A stretch of DNA of 63,427 bases, the filler included, from Vannella sp. (Eukaryota): the NCBI GenBank assembly GCA_023345925.1. It is 9 parts of 9 records of this genome, joined end to end, with 100 filler letters (N's around TTAATTAATTAA, not from the genome) between each part and the next. Parts side by side here need not be neighbours in the genome. Positions count along the whole stretch, not along the records: positions 20,448 to 25,043 come from JAJQQN010001075.1; positions 25,144 to 37,548 come from JAJQQN010000724.1; 7 more parts are not named here. One strand, 5' to 3'. The translations under genes were made by a program, and so were the position numbers. Positions 21,511 through 33,231 of the stretch are shown here, one piece after another (the stretch's first letter is position 1; the number at the start of each line of letters is the position of its first letter). Below the pieces are notes generated by a model, which ran no database searches, was not told where the DNA came from, and saw only the letters and a program-made list of their open reading frames with translations.

Positions 21511-24267
21511 ATGGAGGGCGGTAGCGCGTTGGGCTCGGTCGGAGCCGCCTTGCCTGCCACTGAGAACATGAAGTCTCACCGAAACACCTCGTTTTCTCCA
21601 GGGCTGGGAGACTCGCGAGGCGTTCTCTCTGAAGAGGAGAGAGCTGCACGCAAACAAGCGCTCCTTGACTCCATGATAGCCTCGGATGTGTTTGGTTCCC
21701 CCGCTGTGGCAGTGGCTGAGCCGAAGAAGCGTAGCAAGTCTAGTCGGAAGAAGAGAGGACGATCCAAGTCCAACCCCAATACTGCTGATATCGTACCAAG
21801 AGAAGGCCATCTTCCCGACGAGGCGAAAGACTCGCAAGAAGGGGAACCTCCTTTGCTCTCTCCAAAGAGGAAAAGCCGCAGCCACCGAGCTAAGACACCT
21901 CGAGGTGAAGGCAAACGTGCTTCTCCTCGTGCAAGAAAGGAGATATCCATCTCCTTGGAAGAGGTGCCTCCTTCCAAGGCGGAGGGGAAGGATGTTCTGA
22001 GCCCCCGTTCCGTAGAAACGCCAAGAAAGCGAACTCTGTTCAGAAAGCGATCAAGAGATGATAGCCAGTCCGCTTCTCTGACCATCAGCGCGTGGGCTGC
22101 TGTCAAGGTTGACTGTATCGAGCGGTTGCGCACTCTTCTCGCTGGGGATCCGGAGCTGGTTCACCAACGGAATGAGACGAATAGCACGCTCCTTCAGATG
22201 ACCTGCTCTGCAGAGCATAAGAACACGAAGATGGCCCAGCTTCTACTAGACCACCATTCCAGCTTGGAGGTGATTGACAAGACAGGCATGACTCCTCTCT
22301 TACTTGCATCCCGTCATAGCTCCGCTGAGATGGTCGAGTTACTCATTAAAGCTGGTGCAAAGGTGACTGTGGAAGATCCTCAGCACTGCACTCCACTCCA
22401 CTGGGCCGCTCAGAACGCAGATGTGCGGATGGCCCACGTTCTCATTAGTGAGCAAAGCGTTGCAATCGATCCCCACGCTTCTCACCGTTCAACTCCACTG
22501 CACCTTTGCTCTCGTAATGGCTGTGCAGAGATTGCCAGTCTTCTCATTACTTGTGGAGCAAACGTGGACGCGTGCACAGATCAAGGATTCACCTCCTTGC
22601 ACATGGCTGCTATGCGTGGACATGAGTCCGTTGTGAAGGGACTTATAATGAGCAACTGCAACGTGAACATTCGCACGAAAGAGTCTCAGACGGCGCTTCA
22701 TCTGGCCATTATCAAGGACTTTCCGTCCATTGCGAAAATGCTCATAGATGCAGGGTGTAGCTGTAATGCGTATGATGGCAGTAGGGTAACTCCTTTGCAC
22801 TGGGCAGCCAAGCTGAATCACAAAGAGTGCGTTCAGATTCTTCTGGCTCGAGATAGGATCAACATTGAAGCGCTTGATGGTCTTTATCGGACACCTCTGC
22901 ACCATGCTGCAATTCAGGGCAGCAAAGAAGCCGCTCAACTCTTGCTGGAGGCCAATGCAAAGTTCACTGCGATGGACAAGTTCGAAACCATGCCCTTGTC
23001 CTATGCAGAGAATGGAAAGCACACGGAGATTGTGGCTCTCTTTAGAAATCACATTAAGCAGTTACACAAACCGAAGCAAGTGGAGAAGGAGCTGCGCAAG
23101 CAGCACACAGACCCTCTTGTCAATGAGAAGATTCTCCTCTTTAGGGATAAGCGCAAGGTCGAACTGACCCGGCAAAACTGGTCCCAGTTACCGGATGCTG
23201 TCTGTGCTTTGGCAAACTGTGAAGCCCTTTCTTTGGCGCATAACAACCTGAGTGACTTGCCAAATGACTTGGCCAAACTCAACAAATTGGTTGCTTTGGA
23301 TCTATCTGACAACCATTTGTTTGAGCTGAGTAAGGCAGTTTATCGGCTGACATGCTTGAAGACTTTGTCTGCGGTGAACAACCAGATTTTTGACTTGCCC
23401 AGTTCCCTTCGCAAGTTAGCGGGGTCGATGGAATCCCTTAACTTGTGCCATAATCGCCTTCCAGTGATGCCATCGTCTCTCTTCACTCTGGCCAACCTAA
23501 GGATCCTACGATTGACAGACAATATCATCCAGGCAGTTCCTGCGGACATTGGAAAGCTCACACTATTAACGGAGCTCCATCTATGCAACAACAAGATCCG
23601 TCAAGTTGCTTCAGAGATTGGGCTCTTGAAGCAACTGCGCGTTTTAATGATCCGCAACAATGAGATTTCAAGACTCCCTGTGGGAATTGGCCGCCTACTG
23701 GTGCTTGGCATTCTTGGCTTTGATGGGAATCCCCTCAAGTTCCCACCTCCTGATGTCATGAAAGGATCCATTGCGGAGATACAGAGTTACCTACGAGGGG
23801 CAGACTCGGAGATACTCGTGGACAGTGACACGGAGGAGAAAGAGAAAGAAAAGGGGCTGCGAGTGCGTATTCGACAACGAGCAAACAGCATCCGAAGCCC
23901 TCATAAGTCTCTGACTCACTCGAAGCCTTACGAGGTGAATCAGCTCGCAAAAATCCCCATTGGAGAAGAGCTTTCACCCGAATCTCTCGAAGTAAGAGAG
24001 GAAGGCACCGTGGAAGTACCCCTTCGCCCTCATCTTCGCGCCAAGAGGAGAGAAAAGAGACGTTCCACACCGAATGTGTCTCTCGATCTTCGGGAGCTTG
24101 TGCTTGTAGATGAAACCAGCGTTCCATTGATGAACGATGGCGTTCTCAGCCCTGGCAGAGTAGAGCCCAGCTCTCCCACCAAACCGAAAGTTCTCGTGCT
24201 GAAGAAGGAAGCGGCTATCAACAGACCTCCCATTGCCAAGCCCGAGAGCAACCTTCAAGAGTATTAG
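21511..24267 (+). CDS. Ankyrin repeat + SHOC2-type LRR protein
   Basis: About 9 ankyrin repeats (TPLH...) followed by about 9 LRRs (LxxLxLxxNxL), with basic low-complexity termini. Confidence 0.88.
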   Translation: MEGGSALGSVGAALPATENMKSHRNTSFSPGLGDSRGVLSEEERAARKQALLDSMIASDVFGSPAVAVAEPKKRSKSSRKKRGRSKSNPNTADIVPREGHLPDEAKDSQEGEPPLLSPKRKSRSHRAKTPRGEGKRASPRARKEISISLEEVPPSKAEGKDVLSPRSVETPRKRTLFRKRSRDDSQSASLTISAWAAVKVDCIERLRTLLAGDPELVHQRNETNSTLLQMTCSAEHKNTKMAQLLLDHHSSLEVIDKTGMTPLLLASRHSSAEMVELLIKAGAKVTVEDPQHCTPLHWAAQNADVRMAHVLISEQSVAIDPHASHRSTPLHLCSRNGCAEIASLLITCGANVDACTDQGFTSLHMAAMRGHESVVKGLIMSNCNVNIRTKESQTALHLAIIKDFPSIAKMLIDAGCSCNAYDGSRVTPLHWAAKLNHKECVQILLARDRINIEALDGLYRTPLHHAAIQGSKEAAQLLLEANAKFTAMDKFETMPLSYAENGKHTEIVALFRNHIKQLHKPKQVEKELRKQHTDPLVNEKILLFRDKRKVELTRQNWSQLPDAVCALANCEALSLAHNNLSDLPNDLAKLNKLVALDLSDNHLFELSKAVYRLTCLKTLSAVNNQIFDLPSSLRKLAGSMESLNLCHNRLPVMPSSLFTLANLRILRLTDNIIQAVPADIGKLTLLTELHLCNNKIRQVASEIGLLKQLRVLMIRNNEISRLPVGIGRLLVLGILGFDGNPLKFPPPDVMKGSIAEIQSYLRGADSEILVDSDTEEKEKEKGLRVRIRQRANSIRSPHKSLTHSKPYEVNQLAKIPIGEELSPESLEVREEGTVEVPLRPHLRAKRREKRRSTPNVSLDLRELVLVDETSVPLMNDGVLSPGRVEPSSPTKPKVLVLKKEAAINRPPIAKPESNLQEY

Positions 24268-24468
24268 ACACCTTTTGCATCGAGCACAGAGTCTCTGGGG
24301 CTATCTAAAGCGCGGTAGCTTCGAGAATCCCTTTATTATCAGCCATATCCAGAAGGTATTCTGAAGGGGAAAGGAGAGAGGCAGTTCTGTCAGTCACTCA
24401 CACTTTCCATCAAGAGGTGACCCGTCACTTCCTTCCCTTCTTGAAGTACTAAGTGGACCAACGTTTAG

Positions 24469-25043
24469 TTAGGTCCTGGGGGCCTTTTCGCTTCTCCAGT
24501 CTTGGGACAGCCTGTTGACAACGCGAGGAACGAGGCTGGAGATGGTTCTTCTTTGGCGCGGAAAGGGAAGAGAAGGGAGACTGCTTCGGCTGGAAGGGGT
24601 GCGGGAATGGGATTGCAAGATGCGGATCTTCTGAAGGACTGACTCCACAGAAGGGCGGCTTTCAGGGGCAGAATTGAGCATCTGCTTGATGAGCAATTGG
24701 TACTGGTGAGGGATGGAAGGTGACAGGAGAATGCGCCCTTCTGTGATGCTCTGCCGGATGTCTTCTTCCCCGAACGCGTTGAAGGGCCAATGGCTCGTCA
24801 AGAGCACGTGCAAGAGGATACCAAGGCTCCACACATCCGACATCTTTCCAGAGTATGGAAGAGCTTGGGAGCCTTCAGATGGATCGAGAAAAAGACAGGC
24901 TTCGGGTGAAGCATATTGGAGGGTGCCACAGAATGCGTTCGTCATGCGTTGGTCTGCGAACGCTTCACTCATTCCAAAGTCAGCCAAGAGAATCCGGTAG
25001 CCAGAAGGGGTATGTGAGCAGAGATCGTACAGGAGGTTCTCAG
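24469..25043 (-). CDS. CAMK-like Ser/Thr kinase, C-terminal part (5'-truncated)
   Basis: ENLL, ADFG, FCGTLQYASPE, DVWSLG and PESRPS. Confidence 0.88.
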
Positions 25044-25143
25044 NNNNNNNNNNNNNNNNNNNNNNNNNNNNNNNNNNNNNNNNNNNNTTAATTAATTAAN
25101 NNNNNNNNNNNNNNNNNNNNNNNNNNNNNNNNNNNNNNNNNNN
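25044..25143. other. Artificial contig linker
   Basis: N-run + TTAATTAATTAA + N-run. Confidence 0.98.
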
Positions 25144-25240
25144 CATCGATGTACTAACGTTTAAGCTCAGCGTCTCGTTTGATAACAACGAGGGGGTGAG
25201 TTCTCCTTGCCGGCAAACGGAGAGAAAGAGACACATGCAG

Positions 25241-25363
25241 TTTCACTTTTTGGCTGTTTGAGGACCCAAAAAAGGGGAAGAGGGTCACAAAACCCGAATG
25301 TGGGTAGAGTGTCCTGATAACCTCCATCTCTTCGGAATAAGCTTTTGGGCTGATTTCAGTTTT
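25241..25363. repeat. Dispersed repeat, copy 1 (block order A then B)
   Basis: Blocks TTTCACTTTTTGGCTGTTTGAGGACCCAAA and CCTGATAACCTCCATCTCTTCGGAATAAGCTTTTGGGCTGATTTCA recur at 34486-34596. Confidence 0.85.
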
Positions 25364-25447
25364 GGGCTCGAAAGAGTGACTTTCAGAGTCACAAAGGATC
25401 AATCGCTGGACACCTCCAAAACTGCCATCCACTTCTTGGTTTTTCGG

Positions 25448-28373
25448 ATGGGAGAAAAGGCTTCTGCGGAGGATGTGGCGCGGCTGGTGGATCGGTTGGT
25501 GGCGGCGTGCAACACAAAACGAGAGGGGGTAACTGTTATCCAAGGCCCTCTCAGTTGTTCTGTTGATGAGTTGATTCTCTGCCTCAGCAAACAACTCTCC
25601 CACCTTACGGACTCTTATGAGTCGCCATTAAGCTTCATCCCACGACGACTCCTCGAGGAGAAGAACTATGATTGGACTAAGGAGGTCGTCGTTGTGTGTG
25701 AGAAGATGAAAGATCCCGCTTTCGTGCAATTGGAGGTTCATGGTACCGCCCCTCACATATTGACAGCTCACTCCGCTATGAGGATTGTGGGGGCAAAGGA
25801 CACTGGCATTCCTTACCAAGAATGGTGCAATGCCCTTTCCCAAGGTCCTGCCAGCCACTTTCCCTACCTGCACCAAGAAGAGACTCTCCTTTCTTTCGTG
25901 AAACCGGGTCAGGAAGACGCAGTCATCTTGGAAGCTTTCCATCAACACTATGAAGAAAAGGAACGAGCGCACACTTGGATATTGGGGGAAAGTAAAGGCC
26001 CTGTGCGGAAGACAATCAAAGATTTGCAGAAGATGCTCACAACCGAATCATTGACAGAGTACCAGAGAGGGAGTGACAGGAACATACACAAGACCCTCTC
26101 ACATTGCGCGATACTACTTCTGAATACGGCCCAGCATCTCCATCTTCTGGGCAGAACCAGTGTTGCCAACCTTTTGATTGGGGTGGAAGACAACCAAAAG
26201 ATCACTGGAATCTCACCGAACGTGGATATAGAGAGTTTCCGGGAGAAACTAGACAAGTTCCTTCTTGGAGTGTTCCCTCCAGTTCCCCAAGAAACCATTT
26301 TCTTGGATGTTATTGTGGTAGTCATTGACCACGAACCTCGTTGGGTGCTTCAACTCTCGGTCAAGCTCAACTCCTGGAAGGGTTTCAAGTTTCCTTTCTT
26401 CTCCAAAGACATTGGCGCGTTCATATCAAAAGGTGAAACACAGCCAATCGCACTTCTCCATCCATTGGCGGTGTGGTGGCGAGAGCGCCCCCAAACATTG
26501 GACCATTTGATCATAGCATCTGTGTGACTCTTCTAACCTCCTCGTGATTCTACGGGACTGCCCAACCCAAAAAACCAACTTCCAGCATCTGGGTCTCGGA
26601 CAAAGCCCCACTTTCTCGTTTGGTCAAGCTTGTATCTCTGGACTGATTAACGAGGATAGAGAGGTTTCTTTGCATCTAGAAGGAGGTCGTCGAGTCTGTG
26701 TTGTGGTCGTACTTACAAAAACGAGCACAAACTATCGAGGCAAGTTTGTGGCACTCGCTATTCTGAGATCCCATTTTGGAGACCTTCTGGATTTCGTTTT
26801 GCTGGGTGAGGATGAAGACGCTGCTCAAAGAGTGCTCCCTGCATTGACAGTATCGCCCGTGCGTTGGAAAGGAGTTGGATGTTTGTCTTCTCTAACCAAA
26901 GCAACTTTGCCTGAAAGAACCATTGCTGATTACTGGAGCAACCAACCTGGGGTTACTCTGGTCCACCAACTTCCCCTTTCTCTTGAAACCTGTAAAGGAA
27001 GAAGAGGGTCCATTCAAGTAGTAGTTCAGGATGGCAACGTTCACTGGAATGACCTTTGCCCAATCAACAGTGTGGAAGACCCCAATCACTGGTCGTTGGG
27101 CTACAAACAGCTTCGCTCAGTTATTTGGAGAGACAAGGTTGATGTTTTGGTCGCGCTGTTGCTCTCTAAACCTTCTGAGATCTTTGTGGAAGGCGAAGTT
27201 CGAGGATGTGGCGCGACAACACTTGCCAAGATCGCAGCGGTGCACCTTTCCATGTTCCACTCCGCAACTGTTCTTTGGATCACTTCCGAAAGTGACGTTA
27301 ACAGAGTTCATGCTTTGCCCAGCGGTACTTTGGTGTTTGACGATGGGGCAGGCCTCCTGCCAAAGCAATTCCCCAAAGCCACCCTCGTGCATGTTGTCAG
27401 GAATGGAATGACTCCAAAAGGTCACACTCCTATCAAGGTTGACTCTAAGCTATCCCAGTCGGAGGGGGAAGCCCTGGTTGACCTCCTCTGCGAAGAAGAA
27501 GAGTTCAAGGATCACCAAAGTGAACTTCGGCAGTTCCACGAGAAAGTAGCGGGCAATGGTGACATGTACATGTACTGTCTAACGGCGATCTACGGGCGCA
27601 TCGATTCCGTGGAAACCTTTGTAATTGAGACTTTGCGGGATGTTCAAGAAGATGATCTTCTTGATCTCGCCCTTATTGCCTTTCTTGAAGAGTACAGCAC
27701 CTTTCAACCGCCCCAAGTACCTGTTACTCTTCGCATTCCTGTGTTCATGCGGAACTCTCTCCCGTATCTTGCAACGTTGAGCAGGACCATTAGGGTTGAC
27801 AATTACATTGTCGAACCCAAAATGCTCCTAGCCCTTGGTGATAAGAGTCTCCTTCGCCTGCTGCATACATCAGCTGACACTACCCGTTTTCTCCATCCGG
27901 TCATGGCGCGTTGGGTCCTTCACCTAGCCCAGATACCAAATCAACTCTCCGAATCTTCTATGTGGGACGCTCGGACCAATGTTTTGAGTGACGCGCCCTG
28001 TACCATCCGCTTCCTCAAACTAATGATGGGACGGCTCTCGCTTCTTCGAGATCTCTCTCAAACAAGCGCTCCTCCAACGCTCTTTTGGGAATCTTGGTGC
28101 CCAACGCTCATTGCACATCCGCTACATACTGACCGAGAATGCAAACTCATCGAAGCACTCACTCTGGGCATGAGTTCGAACGAAGAAATCGTGAAAGTTG
28201 CAATGGCGCTGGCAAACGAGATTCGGCTTCACTTCACAGTGTCTCCCGCTCTTCAGCATGCTGTTTCCCTCTTCCTCTCCAGAGTCTATCGTAGATTCCA
28301 ACCAACCATGAAAGCGGGGCTCCCTCAGAGTTCGGAATGCGAAGGACGCACTGGGCAATGTCACTCTCCATGA
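25448..28373 (+). CDS. SAMD9-like Schlafen/AlbA_2 + P-loop NTPase protein (two ORFs joined by an intron or a frameshift)
   Basis: AlbA_2 motifs ESLTEYQ and LLLNT...LLIGVEDNQKITGI; SAMD9-type Walker A RGCGATTLA and Walker-B-like TLVFDD. A GT..AG 46-mer at 26471-26516 would restore the frame. Confidence 0.65.
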
Positions 28374-28762
28374 AATGGAAGGGAAGAAGATCGCATGCCT
28401 CAACGCCTTCTGTTATGGATACTTCCATACAAAGATGACAAGCCACGCATTGGAAGCACTTTAGATGAAAACTTGGGACACAAGCGACAGCGAAGCAACT
28501 CTGGAAACTCCCTTGCAGCAACGGAGCTACGCCTGCTCTTCATCATCCTGTGGCGGCGTAATCACATTACTCAATGAAGGCCCCCAACATGCGTTCTTTC
28601 AAATGTTCTTTTGGGAACTGACGGGCTTCGTATAAAGTGGTCTAATAAAGCTGCCAACTCCACTCACTCGTATCTGAGATTGGTGGGAAAAGGGGGGACT
28701 CTTTTGCGATGTATTCGATGAAGGCTTCATCACAAGTCTCGATTGGCACTGCACCGCGAAGA

Positions 28763-30567
28763 TCAAGTGCGGGCCACTTGCGCCGCCCTCGACTGTTCTC
28801 TTCGCTGTTTGGTGGAAAGGGTTTGGCGTGGGGGTTGTGGTTTAGCTGATGGCTTGTGGGCGAGGGGCTGGTGGCTGGGACGTGAGGAGCGCTTTTGGTT
28901 GACAGTGGAGGCGGGCAGGACCCCGAGAACTCGTCTGGCTGGCGTCGCGCTGGCCGCTGGCTTTGCTGTTGGGGCGATAACCTTCTTCTGCTGCGATCTA
29001 GTGTCATGGGAGGCGGGGACCTGCTCTGAGTAGCGAGGTCGCTTCGGGGGAGGAGCGGAAACGGTACTAGAACGCCGCTTCAGTCCCTTTGGGACCTGCT
29101 TCTCGCCGTCAAAGATTCCGAACGGGTTATTGGAAGGTTCTCCCACCAGATCGCTTGTGTGACCGGTCTGCTCAACAAGAGAGAAGCGGTTGGCCCGATC
29201 TGCCGTCTTTGAGCGGAAAGCTTGCGGCTTTGTCAACTGCGGGACCCAGGCTGCCTTGGAACGTTTCTTTCCGGTGTCCTCCTCTCCACTGGAGGCATCT
29301 GACAGTCCCCGGAGGGCTGCACGGTCCTCCGTCTGGAAGTGGAAAGGACGAGGATCGGTCAAGCGCGGTGCCCAAGGCTCTTTAGCCTCCTTGTCACAGT
29401 CATTCTCGTTCTCGCTCTTTTCGGATGCCACGAAAGAGGCCTTGCGAGCAACAGCGCGGTCTTCGGTCTGAAAGTGGAAGGGTTGAGGTTGCGTCAACGA
29501 ATTGCGGAATTTCCCGGCTGCGGATGGCTCTCGTTCAAAGGTAGATGATAGGCATGGGTCTACTGGAACAGCTATGCTCTGGAAGCGCTTCACCTGAGCT
29601 CTCTGTTTCGTTGCCAGACAAGGAGATTGCGGTTCGGTGAGTCCTTTGGGAGCACGAGAGCGAGGGGCGCGGACTTCTCCTTCTGAATCGCTGGTAGATG
29701 AGCGAGCAATAGGGATCGCCTTCTCATCATAGAGCGCTCGGCGCTCTTCTGTACGGAAACGGAAGGTGCGAGGTTCGGTGAGCTTCGGTTGCCACGTAGA
29801 CCTAACTGGAGCGCGCTTGTCGATGCGAGATGGTCCGTGTCCATCACGAACCAAAGTACTCTTCAGCGTTTGAGCGTTGATCGCCTTCTGGCCCACCACT
29901 TTGGCCTTCACCAGACGCCCTCCCTCTTCTGATTCAGGGCGGGGGCGCTTAATCGCCACAGTCTTCGTATGGAACGGTTTCAGTTCGAGTGCTGGTCTCT
30001 TGGCACGCTGATTCGTTCGGAAGAACGGCGAAACGGGGATGGTAAGGCCTCGAGTCAACTTTGGTCGGTTGGTTCTCGTGCCTGTTGGCTTGTTTTGACC
30101 AGCTGTGGTTGCTGGAAGCTTGTGTGATGCTGTGATAGTCTTGATCTTGGGCATGACGCCGAGAAGGGCGTCGATTTCTGTCTCCTCTTCGTTCTCAGGG
30201 GCTTCCTCAGGCTCCGTAGGTTCTGTGAGGAAGCTGGGAAGTGGGATGACAGCCAGTGACTTCTTGAACGCTCGTTTCACTCCTCCTGTGGGAGCAACGA
30301 ACGCCCGGGAGGGAGATCTTAACTTGGAGGGGACCACTTCGTCAAACTCTGTCGCAGGTAGCACTTGAGCTGTCTCGAATACGTCAGGCCCCGTTTTTTG
30401 TTGACCTGCAAAGGGTAGAACCAGTTAGACACCATCACTCCCCACCAACACAACGAACCAAACCAAAGATCCCGATCCTCATCACCTTCCGCCACCAGAA
30501 AGTCATAGAACCGAGGCGCACTTATGCTATCATAGAACTCATCGACCATCTCCTCCTTTCTCTCCAT
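28763..30567 (-). CDS. TPX2: TPX2-like spindle assembly factor
   Basis: N-terminal Aurora-binding-like FYDSISAPRFYDF...DLWF; repeated LT.P..F.F.T..R motifs (LTIPVSPFFRTNQR, LTEPRTFRFRTEER, LTQPQPFHFQTEDR). One GT-AG intron. Confidence 0.8.
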
Positions 30568-30616
30568 CCTCCGCTTCAAATGGCCCTCTCCCTCCCAACA
30601 ACGGCTGTGCCGACCA

Positions 30617-30626
30617 TTTTCCCGCC
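30617..30626 (-). promoter_or_regulatory. E2F-type site upstream of the TPX2-like gene
   Basis: TTTTCCCGCC on the + strand, 50 nt upstream of the minus-strand ATG. Confidence 0.55.
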
Positions 30627-30728
30627 AATTCTGGTTCTCCCCATTCCACATGAATTGAAATGGAAAACGTTGCAAATGATAAGCTCAGAGCTGGTTGGGA
30701 ACCATTATTTTCGGTCGCGCCTTCGAAG

Positions 30729-31203
30729 ATGTCCTCGCGTGCCAAGAAGATGATGACGCAGCCTATTGTAGGCGAGGGAGGTGTGGAAGAGGGGGTTCTG
30801 ATACGGGTGGGGGTGGGATAGGCGCTGATCTTCCGTTACCTGCAAAATGTGAGTGGGGAAAGGCGTTTGGGGCGCGGAGGTCTTATGTGGAGGGGGAAAG
30901 GGATGTCGCATCCAGGTGATGCTTTACGAGAACACAGATCTTCGTATAGAAGGCAAGATCATCGTAAGAAGCTCTGCCGGAGTGAGAAGAGAGGACGGGA
31001 CTCATTCGATGGGCAGGGCTTTGACGAATACATGAACCTCGTCTTAGACGATGCTGTGGAGATCCGAAAGAAGACAGACACCACCAAGCAGATCGGTCTG
31101 AGCTCCCCATCGCCTCCTTCATGCCAATCTGTACTTACCCCGGATCACAGGCCGCATCATGCTCAAAGGGGACAACATCGCTCTCCTCATGAAGGTTCAG
31201 TAG
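30729..31203 (+). CDS. SNRPE: Small nuclear ribonucleoprotein SmE (5 exons)
   Basis: Spliced product [59 protein letters not shown]...RIMLKGDNIALL. Confidence 0.95.
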
Positions 31204-31588
31204 CTCTCTGGTGGTCCCCATCCTCTTCCTCCAAGAGCGCGGCAATAAATCAAGTTCCCAACCCAAAGTGCAGGTCCCATGGCCTTCCTCTCACCGTCCC
31301 TTGTGGCCAGCCCTCCACAGGTTCAATCTACACACTCTCCAAAGGCGATTGAAAGAGAAGAGCGCTCTCGCCAGACTCTCAACGAGCACCAGGAGCCCCA
31401 ACTGGCCGGGAAGATCTGAGAGAACCACGCCAAGCCACTGCACAGAGCAACCATACGCTCATTGACGCTCATGCAAGCTCCCATCAGGCAGCCACCCTCC
31501 CAAGAGGGGCAAAGGAGGGCCCCTCACTCCTTCATTCATTCGCCCCCTCCAACAGAGTTCTCCTGAGAAGGAGAGAAAAGCGCTAATT

Positions 31589-32957
31589 ATGGATGTTAGG
31601 CGAATGCCACTTGGTCTTGGACAGGAATGGCTCCCAAATTGGTCATTTGGTGGAGTCGCGATGGGCGAGGCCTCTCCCAATCCGATATCTTTGAGGGAAA
31701 CTATCCGGAAACCGTCGCGGAGTACGATGTCTGTTGATCTGTCTAGTGCCAAGGGGACGGGAGATGCGTTTCTATCGCAGACAAGTCGAATAGCTTTCCG
31801 CCATCCTCGCAAGCGGACGAACACGGCCACGGAGAATGGGGAGGTTCTGAGATCTCCTCGTGCCTCGTCTGTTGCCTCTGTCATTGATTGCTCTCCTTCT
31901 CGGAGCCCACAACCACAGAAGACTGTCCATCACAGACACATCCTCAAGCTGCTGGCGTATCTCTCCCAGAAGAAAGGTGAGCCGGGCGCCTCTTGATCTC
32001 CCTCCAAGGCGCTCTCTCACCGTTAGAGCAGCTTACCTTTGCGAAGGGATCTTCCGGAAGTGTGGGAACTACTCTCAGATCCAAGCGGCGCACTCTCGCT
32101 TGTTGGCGGATCGGGACATCTCCTCTTCGGAGAGGAAGATGTGAGTTTGCTCGTCCCTCTGGCTGCTTTCTCACTTCTGTAGTGTCTTTAAAGATCTGGG
32201 TATCTTTGGATGTGCAGATCTTCTCAAGCAGTTCCTCCGGGATGGCCGAGAACCTCTCATTTCAGAAGAATGCCAAAAACAGATCGCTCGGGGGCCCACA
32301 ATGCACTGTATAGAGGCTGATACGATGTCTCACAGCTCTACAGAGGTCATTAGTATCTTTATGAATGCCAGCTTATCCACATTGCCCTCCCCCAACGCCA
32401 AAGTAGTCCGCCGATTGCTCTCTTTCCTCCAACTCCTTATGGCCAACGAGGAGTCGTCCAAAATGGGTCTGCGGAACGTCTCTACGATCTTCTCTACGCT
32501 CTTCTTTGGGACGCCTCAATCCAATGACTCCAGCGAGTTCCTGCGAGTGAATGAACAGCAGACAAAGAGGCTCGAGTTCCTCCTTGACCTGAGCCAGCTC
32601 CATTCAGAGCTCTTTATGGATGCTTTACCACCTGCAGAGGTGTTGTATGCAGACAAGAGCGTCAAGATTCATCAGGAGTACGTTATCCGGGGCGAGAGCG
32701 TTGGTTTATTCTTTCGAACGCCAAGTTACTCGTACATTCATCGCGGGGCGCGCCTCTTTCGCTTGGATTCGAGTGAACTTGAGTTCTTTGTATCCCATCC
32801 ACCCAAGCAAGGCAGCGTCATCCTGCGCCGAGTGCGCCAAGTTAAAGCTACGAAGGGTCATAATTCGACCGATTGGACTCCCAGGCGGCCTAGCGCTCGT
32901 AATCGCTGGGCCCTTCAACCTTCCACTGCACCTCCACCAAGCGGAGATTTGCAGTGA
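31589..32957 (+). CDS. RhoGAP domain protein
   Basis: EGIFRKCG, ADLLKQFLRD..EPLI and SKMGLRNVSTIF, with GT-AG introns. Confidence 0.85.
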
Positions 32958-33231
32958 ATCGAACAGGCTCAAGATTGTTCAAACTCGTCCCTTTCGGCTT
33001 CCGCGGGAACAAGATTCCTCTTCCAACACATCCAGAAACGGTCATACTTGGCCACTAAAGAGGGAATGCACAGAATACTGCCTCAACAACCTCCCTCACC
33101 AAGGGGAGAGTCCAGTGGATGGAGAAATCCTGTTTTAAGTGTGTTTGGAGGGAACGAAACACTTTCCGGTTGGCCATCTGAGATACAGCCAGAAAGGCAC
33201 CTCTTGAAGCGTTCGTGGGATCAGCCACGGG

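Noticed and set aside
24362..24400. U6atac-like GAAAGGAGAGA
   Set aside because: It lacks the following GGTTAGC catalytic motif and stem; purine-rich chance match.
32294..32335. Possible third GC-AG intron in the RhoGAP gene
   Set aside because: A branch/acceptor-like 3' end exists, but the donor (GCCCAC) is poor and the frame is open without splicing. Undecidable without RNA data.
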